NCBI GenBank assembly: GCA_040389905.1
Contig: JAZJZK010000014.1
Span: forward strand, 241,070 to 305,069
Source: Gemmatimonadota bacterium
Lineage (GTDB): Bacteria; Gemmatimonadota; Gemmatimonadetes; Gemmatimonadales; Gemmatimonadaceae
Direction: 5' to 3'
Length of the DNA: 64,000 bases
The translations under genes and the position numbers were made by a program. Under the pieces are notes generated by a model. The model had not been told where the DNA came from and ran no database searches. It saw only the letters and a program-made list of their open reading frames with translations. Numbering within the stretch: position 1 is the stretch's first letter; each line of letters opens with the position of its first letter. This document shows, one piece after another, positions 59,345-64,000 of the stretch.

Positions 59345-59913
59345 GGCAGGATGTCCGCCAGTTTCAGCAGTTCTGCTCCAAGCTCTGCGCCTTCGAGCTT
59401 CGATGCCTCGAGGTTCACCAGAATCCTGGGGCGGCCGCCCTTGACCCCCACACCGATGCCGAGCCCCTGCGCGACATAGCGTGGCACACCGGTGAGCGTC
59501 GTCACGCGCCACTCCCGGGTGAGCGACGCAATCGCGGCAACGTCGGCGCCCCGGAGTGGCGTGATGTACAGCATCGTGAATTTTCCGGCGCGCAGCACAT
59601 CGGGCAGTCGTTCACGATCCAGGTCGATTGCCACAGCGCGCAGCGGAACACCGCCCACCCCCTCGCGCGCACCAACAAACGCGTGGAGCGCCTCATCCTT
59701 GGCCATCGCAGACGTTCGGTTTCCACTCTGGAAGACTACGCCGATGACGATCTCCGCCGGCGCTCGGAGCGGCAACTGCCGGTCGAACGCCATGACCTTG
59801 AGCAATACCGGAATCTGGATCGCGACCGGCGCGTCCATCTCTTGCGCTCGCGCATCGGCTCGCGGGCACATCGCGCCCCCGAGGGCGATTGCGACCACCC
59901 AGAGCGTACGCAT
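59341..59913 (-). CDS. YfiR/HmsC-family periplasmic protein
   Basis: Signal peptide; RPRILVNLEASKLEGAELGAELLKLA C-terminal motif. Confidence 0.8.
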   Translation of the reverse strand: MRTLWVVAIALGGAMCPRADARAQEMDAPVAIQIPVLLKVMAFDRQLPLRAPAEIVIGVVFQSGNRTSAMAKDEALHAFVGAREGVGGVPLRAVAIDLDRERLPDVLRAGKFTMLYITPLRGADVAAIASLTREWRVTTLTGVPRYVAQGLGIGVGVKGGRPRILVNLEASKLEGAELGAELLKLADILP

Positions 59914-59936
59914 GAGACGTTCTCGCCTCGGTTCGA

Positions 59937-61916
59937 TCAGAACCGCCACGACAGGCGGACGCTCACGGTGCGCCCGGCCTGCGCAATTGCCATCTGTCGA
60001 TGCTCCAATCCACCCGGTGTTGCATAGTACGTGTCGAAGAGGTTCACCGCTCGTATCCCCACTTCCAGCTGGTTCAATGTCACTGGCGTGTAGGAAATGT
60101 TCGCGTCCGACCGAAGGAACGCCTTGGTCGATGGCCCCGAGAGCGTCTTGCGACCCGACTCATACCGGCCACTGAGCGTCGCTTGCACCCCAAAGTCGGT
60201 GCGGCCAGACACGGACGCGAGGGCGATGTGTTGCGGCGAGTTCGTGAGTCGTTCGTCGCTCGCAGCGTCGTCGGTCGTCTGAATGGCGTACGATGCGTGA
60301 CCGCTCACCGCACTGGCGGGCTTGTAGTCCATCTCGAGCTCGAGGCCCGCGGCCTCCGCCTCGTTGAGATTCTGATAGACGAGCCCCTGCTGATCCAGCT
60401 CCACCTGATCGATAAGACCGTGAATCTGGTAGCGATAGAGCGACCCTCCGAGCAGCCACGGAGCGCCGAGCCGCTGCTCGGCCGTGAGCTCGAACGTCCT
60501 GATACGCTCTGCGCTGAGGGACGGGTTCCTGGTGTAGAACGAGGTCGTGATGTCGGCTTCCGCTGCACTCGGCGCGCGAAAGGCTTCGCCGTAGAGCGCC
60601 TTGATCGTCGTTCCGTGTCGGGGGGCCGCGATGATTGCCACACGTGGTGTGAGCGCCCCACCGTGACGCGAATTCCGGTCTGCCCGGAGGCCTCCCACGA
60701 GGATGAGCCGAGACGAAAGCTGGAACTCATCCTGTGCATACACGGAGTAGACGTTCGAGGGCTGATCATCTCGCGCACTGGTTTGGTCGGCGAAGAGTTC
60801 GTAATAGTCAGCGCGAGAAACGAGACGTGTTTCGACACCCAGCGTCAGCTTGTTGCGCGATGAGTGTTCCCAGGTGCCGATGACCTCGGTGCCGACCGCG
60901 CTGCTGCCGCCCCCATCCGAGTAGGCTGGCCCGGCGTCCGCCGGGTAGACGCCGCGATACCGATAGCGGTCGCCATACAGCCGTGCCGACAGATGAAATA
61001 CGCCGGCAAAGTCTCGTGTCGCGATGATATCGCCCCAGAGATTTTCATCGACGGCCTCGCTCCGGGGGTCGTTGAACGCGGTCCCGAATGAACCGGTCGG
61101 AATTCCACGCCCTCTGTTCTGATAGCCGATGCGGACGACGACGTCCTTGACCGTCACCGCGGCAAGGCCCGACACCGCTCGCTCCCAATCGAGCGCATGG
61201 GCGATACCATGGTTCGTGGCGGGTGAGTCGTATTCGGCGAAGTACAGATCGTTGCCATCCAGGCGGCTGATGACCCCGGACGCGGCGTAGGAGACCGCGG
61301 GGGTGATCGCGCGGCCGGTCACCATGCGCGCCTCACGCAGCCTTCCGGTGCCGCCGCGCACGCTGACGGTCGTGCCATCGAGTGCGACGCCGGACTTGGT
61401 GACGATATTGATCACCGCGAACATCGCGCTCGTCCCGTACAGCGCTGAGCCGGGGCCCCGGACGATTTCGAGGCGCTCCACGGCGTCGAGGTTGAGTGGA
61501 AGGTCGCCGCCGAGCGGAGCTCCACCCCACGTCTGGTCGTTGAGGGAATGCCCATCGATCAGCACGAGCACGCGATTGTTGTAGTCGGACGGGCGACCGA
61601 ATCCGCGAACGCCGAGCGACACGTAATTGAGATCGTTGCTGGTATAGAAGCCGCGCACGGTTTCGAGGACTTCCTGCAAGCTGCCATACCCGCCGCGCGC
61701 GAGCTCGTCTGCAGTGATGATGGTCACCGAGGCAGGCGCTTCGGCACTCGTTTGCGCGTACTTCGACGCCGTGCTAATCCGCGTATTGAGGAGCGAGTCG
61801 AGCGAGATCGTTCGCATCGGGTCGCCCTGCTGCGAGCGCGCGGTGGCCGAGCCGATGCTGAGTCCACTCGCCGCTAAGACGCAAGTTGCGATTTGGCGTA
61901 CGGTGTTCGACCACAT
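59937..61916 (-). CDS. TonB-dependent receptor
   Basis: ISLDSLLNTRISTASK...APASVTIIT plug, RLEIVRGPGSALYG, NLFD..Y, C-terminal SWRF. Confidence 0.93.
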   Translation of the reverse strand: MWSNTVRQIATCVLAASGLSIGSATARSQQGDPMRTISLDSLLNTRISTASKYAQTSAEAPASVTIITADELARGGYGSLQEVLETVRGFYTSNDLNYVSLGVRGFGRPSDYNNRVLVLIDGHSLNDQTWGGAPLGGDLPLNLDAVERLEIVRGPGSALYGTSAMFAVINIVTKSGVALDGTTVSVRGGTGRLREARMVTGRAITPAVSYAASGVISRLDGNDLYFAEYDSPATNHGIAHALDWERAVSGLAAVTVKDVVVRIGYQNRGRGIPTGSFGTAFNDPRSEAVDENLWGDIIATRDFAGVFHLSARLYGDRYRYRGVYPADAGPAYSDGGGSSAVGTEVIGTWEHSSRNKLTLGVETRLVSRADYYELFADQTSARDDQPSNVYSVYAQDEFQLSSRLILVGGLRADRNSRHGGALTPRVAIIAAPRHGTTIKALYGEAFRAPSAAEADITTSFYTRNPSLSAERIRTFELTAEQRLGAPWLLGGSLYRYQIHGLIDQVELDQQGLVYQNLNEAEAAGLELEMDYKPASAVSGHASYAIQTTDDAASDERLTNSPQHIALASVSGRTDFGVQATLSGRYESGRKTLSGPSTKAFLRSDANISYTPVTLNQLEVGIRAVNLFDTYYATPGGLEHRQMAIAQAGRTVSVRLSWRF

Positions 61917-62344
61917 GGTGTCGCCTCGTGTGACTACTACGTTTTCAAAGCGGGGCATTGACCGCGGCAGGCGAGACAAAAGCCCGCTACGAGCGGTGGT
62001 ACACCGGCCTGATTTTCATGACCGGCGAGCGGAAGGAACAGCGATGCTCGCACTGATCAGTATCGGATCGTGCCGAATAACTGTGAGTCAATTTCGTCCA
62101 CTTCTGTCCTGATTCTTGCAAATTCAGATCCCTGGTGTCGCACTCGTCACTCTGACCGTTTGCCTTGGAACGAAAGTACGTCATTATGACCTAATTTGGA
62201 CAGTAAAATGACAGCTGGAGAGCTCAACAGGATGGAACTATTACACTGGAGATTCTTCGCACAGCGCATCATCTTGCTTGCGTTCGGAGCCGCCGCGGGT
62301 GCCGGACAGGATGTCTGCTTGTTACGCTAGATCCGAGGCAACAC

Positions 62345-62602
62345 GTGAGCGCAATCCACGCAATTACTGTCTCGTCGGACGCCCCCGCGTATCGCACGCG
62401 CCGCGATTCGCCCATTTTCGTACCCGCTGTTCGGGAACCTGGCCAGATGATCTGGCGGCGTAGCCGCAAGGGGCGCCGGTTCCGTCACGCGGTGATGCTG
62501 ACGATTGCGCTCTCGGTGGTCGCGCTCGCCTATGCCGTCGTTCAGGATGCGCGGCAGCAGACATTTGCGCGCGACGTGCTGGTTCAGTCGATGGCGCATT
62601 GA
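62345..62602 (+). CDS. Small hypothetical membrane protein
   Basis: GAGG RBS plus GTG; basic patch followed by TM segment VMLTIALSVVALAYAVV; followed by a terminator. Confidence 0.55.
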   Translation: MSAIHAITVSSDAPAYRTRRDSPIFVPAVREPGQMIWRRSRKGRRFRHAVMLTIALSVVALAYAVVQDARQQTFARDVLVQSMAH

Positions 62603-62665
62603 TCCAGTAACACGCGTCCGCCGAGCCGTACGCGCTCGGACTGACGGCAGGCCTCATTCGTTCGA

Positions 62666-62707
62666 TGTGTCCTCGCTGCGCTGATGCGCGGCGGGGACGC
62701 TTTTTTT
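62666..62707 (+). terminator. Intrinsic terminator
   Basis: gtgtcctcgctgcgc-tgat-gcgcggcggggacgc followed by T7. Confidence 0.7.
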
Positions 62708-62736
62708 GGTTCTACGGGAGTGCGTGCTCATCGAGC

Positions 62737-62774
62737 AAAAAGCGCCGGCGCGAGATTATCGCGCCGGCGCTTTT
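62737..62774 (-). terminator. Intrinsic (bidirectional-type) terminator downstream of tRNA-Ile
   Basis: aaaagcgccggcgcga-gatta-tcgcgccggcgctttt. Confidence 0.85.
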
Positions 62775-62791
62775 GCTGTAAGTACTGATGA

Positions 62792-62866
<75 letters not shown>

Positions 62867-62884
62867 TTTCGGGTAGAGCACGGA

Positions 62885-62913
62885 AATTTACCCGACCGCG
62901 TGTCCTTGGTCAA
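62885..62913 (-). promoter_or_regulatory. Sigma70 promoter for tRNA-Ile
   Basis: TTGACC-N17-TAAATT, ending 20 nt upstream of the tRNA. Confidence 0.7.
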
Positions 62914-62940
62914 TCGGTCGCCGACATTGGACCTGCGCTT

Positions 62941-63633
62941 CTACTGTCGCTTCCGCCGCCGAGTGACACCGATGACGCCGAGCAAACCGGAGGCAAGCAG
63001 GATGACGCTCGCTGGCTCCGGCGTCGCGCTCTCCTCGAACGTCGCGTCGAACGACATCATGTCACCAGGAACGTAGATGTTCCAGCTCGGATCGTCTCCA
63101 ATGATGCCGTCCAGGAAGATCCCGGCGCCGGCGGGGACAGTCACATTCGTCGTATAGCCGACGACCGCATTGCTGAGGTGCTCACCATCGTCGATCGCTT
63201 CGAGGTACGCGATGTATTGCTGCCCGCTCGAGAGCTGGAGGCCGTTCGTCGCAAAGGTGAAGCGCGTGAAGTCGTTGTAGTCCGTCGTCGCGGGAGGCCC
63301 GTAGAACACCTGAACCGCAGATGCGAAGAGGTCGGTCCCCGACGGCAACGCGCCGTCGAATGCGCGCAGATGCGCCGTGAACGCAACGCCGGTCGCACCG
63401 TAGAACTCCTGGCCGACAAAGGCATTCTCGCTGTGTTCGCCGAGATAGAACGAGAAGCTGGTGAGAGCTGATGGCGTCCCCGGGGTGAACACCTGCCCGA
63501 CTTTGTAGTACCAGGACGGTCCCACGTACGCCGTCCAGCTGTCCGGCGCCCCGGTGTCGATGTTCTGTGAACGTGCCGACCCGGCCACTGACGCCAGGGC
63601 GAGGAATATTCCTGCAATGTGTGTGCGGCGCAT
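62941..63633 (-). CDS. PEP-CTERM sorting-domain surface protein
   Basis: Signal peptide; C-terminal TPEPASVILLASGLLGVIGVTRRRKRQ. Confidence 0.92.
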   Translation of the reverse strand: MRRTHIAGIFLALASVAGSARSQNIDTGAPDSWTAYVGPSWYYKVGQVFTPGTPSALTSFSFYLGEHSENAFVGQEFYGATGVAFTAHLRAFDGALPSGTDLFASAVQVFYGPPATTDYNDFTRFTFATNGLQLSSGQQYIAYLEAIDDGEHLSNAVVGYTTNVTVPAGAGIFLDGIIGDDPSWNIYVPGDMMSFDATFEESATPEPASVILLASGLLGVIGVTRRRKRQ

Positions 63634-63836
63634 GACGTCGTGTGCGGGAAGAGGGAGAGACGGGGCGTTCGACCGGCCGCAGGTCAGGAACGCGGATATG
63701 AGAAAGGCCCGCCGATCTGGACCACGATCGCGGACCTTCCCATGCCGATAAACTAATGTGTAGCCTCAGCCAGCGCGAGCGGTGGCGTGTCATCGTGCGC
63801 GTGCTCGGGGTGCGAATCGCACGGGAGCAGACGCAC

Positions 63837-63869
63837 GAAACCCCGCGTCTCCGTCGAGACGCGGGGTTC
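63837..63869 (-). terminator. Hairpin/terminator ~95 nt downstream of the 16S rRNA
   Basis: aaccccgcgtctc-cgtc-gagacgcggggtt with a short T run on the minus strand. Confidence 0.6.
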
Positions 63870-63961
63870 CGTGTATGAAGAACAATCGAGTGTGTGTGTG
63901 TTGTGCAATGGCACGACTACGAGATGCTTTCCCCGTCCGAGGACGGTTACTCGCGATCCGT

Positions 63962-64000
<39 letters not shown>

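Overview
This is a high-GC bacterial chromosomal window. Gene content (PadR/ADOP pair, PEP-CTERM protein, many lipoproteins) suggests Gemmatimonadota or Acidobacteriota; that is inference only. From left to right: (1) the end of a sulfatase and a decaying minus-strand operon (OCD-like, chrB, internally deleted chrA and creatininase relics); (2) an island-like block at the 3' end of tRNA-Gly, with a PrlF/YhaV-type toxin-antitoxin pair, a ~1400-aa TPR-CHAT protease and a broken vsr; (3) an orphan three-gene operon ending in a contractile-injection-system (CIS)-like tail-fibre gene with ~18 17-aa repeats and FN3 domains, the best candidate for an undescribed system; (4) PadR-ADOP, an atypical SDR and two FAD oxidoreductases; (5) seven tRNAs and an efp with Asn at the usually modified loop position; (6) tesA-ybbA-ybbP; (7) a CHASE3 kinase / RCC1 lipoprotein / PilB-REC / Hpt / REC operon; (8) a TsdA-like cytochrome, egtB-egtD-egtA, an M16 peptidase pair and a second OCD-like gene; (9) a KdpDE-like pair, a serine hydrolase and a TonB receptor-YfiR-hybrid kinase trio; (10) a split rRNA locus, in which the 16S 3' end is followed by a terminator, a PEP-CTERM gene and a separately promoted and terminated tRNA-Ile, with no 23S. 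Several palindromic intergenic elements are present, including two copies of a ~200-250 nt long hairpin with a compensatory base change. All family calls come from reading motifs by eye; no searches were run.
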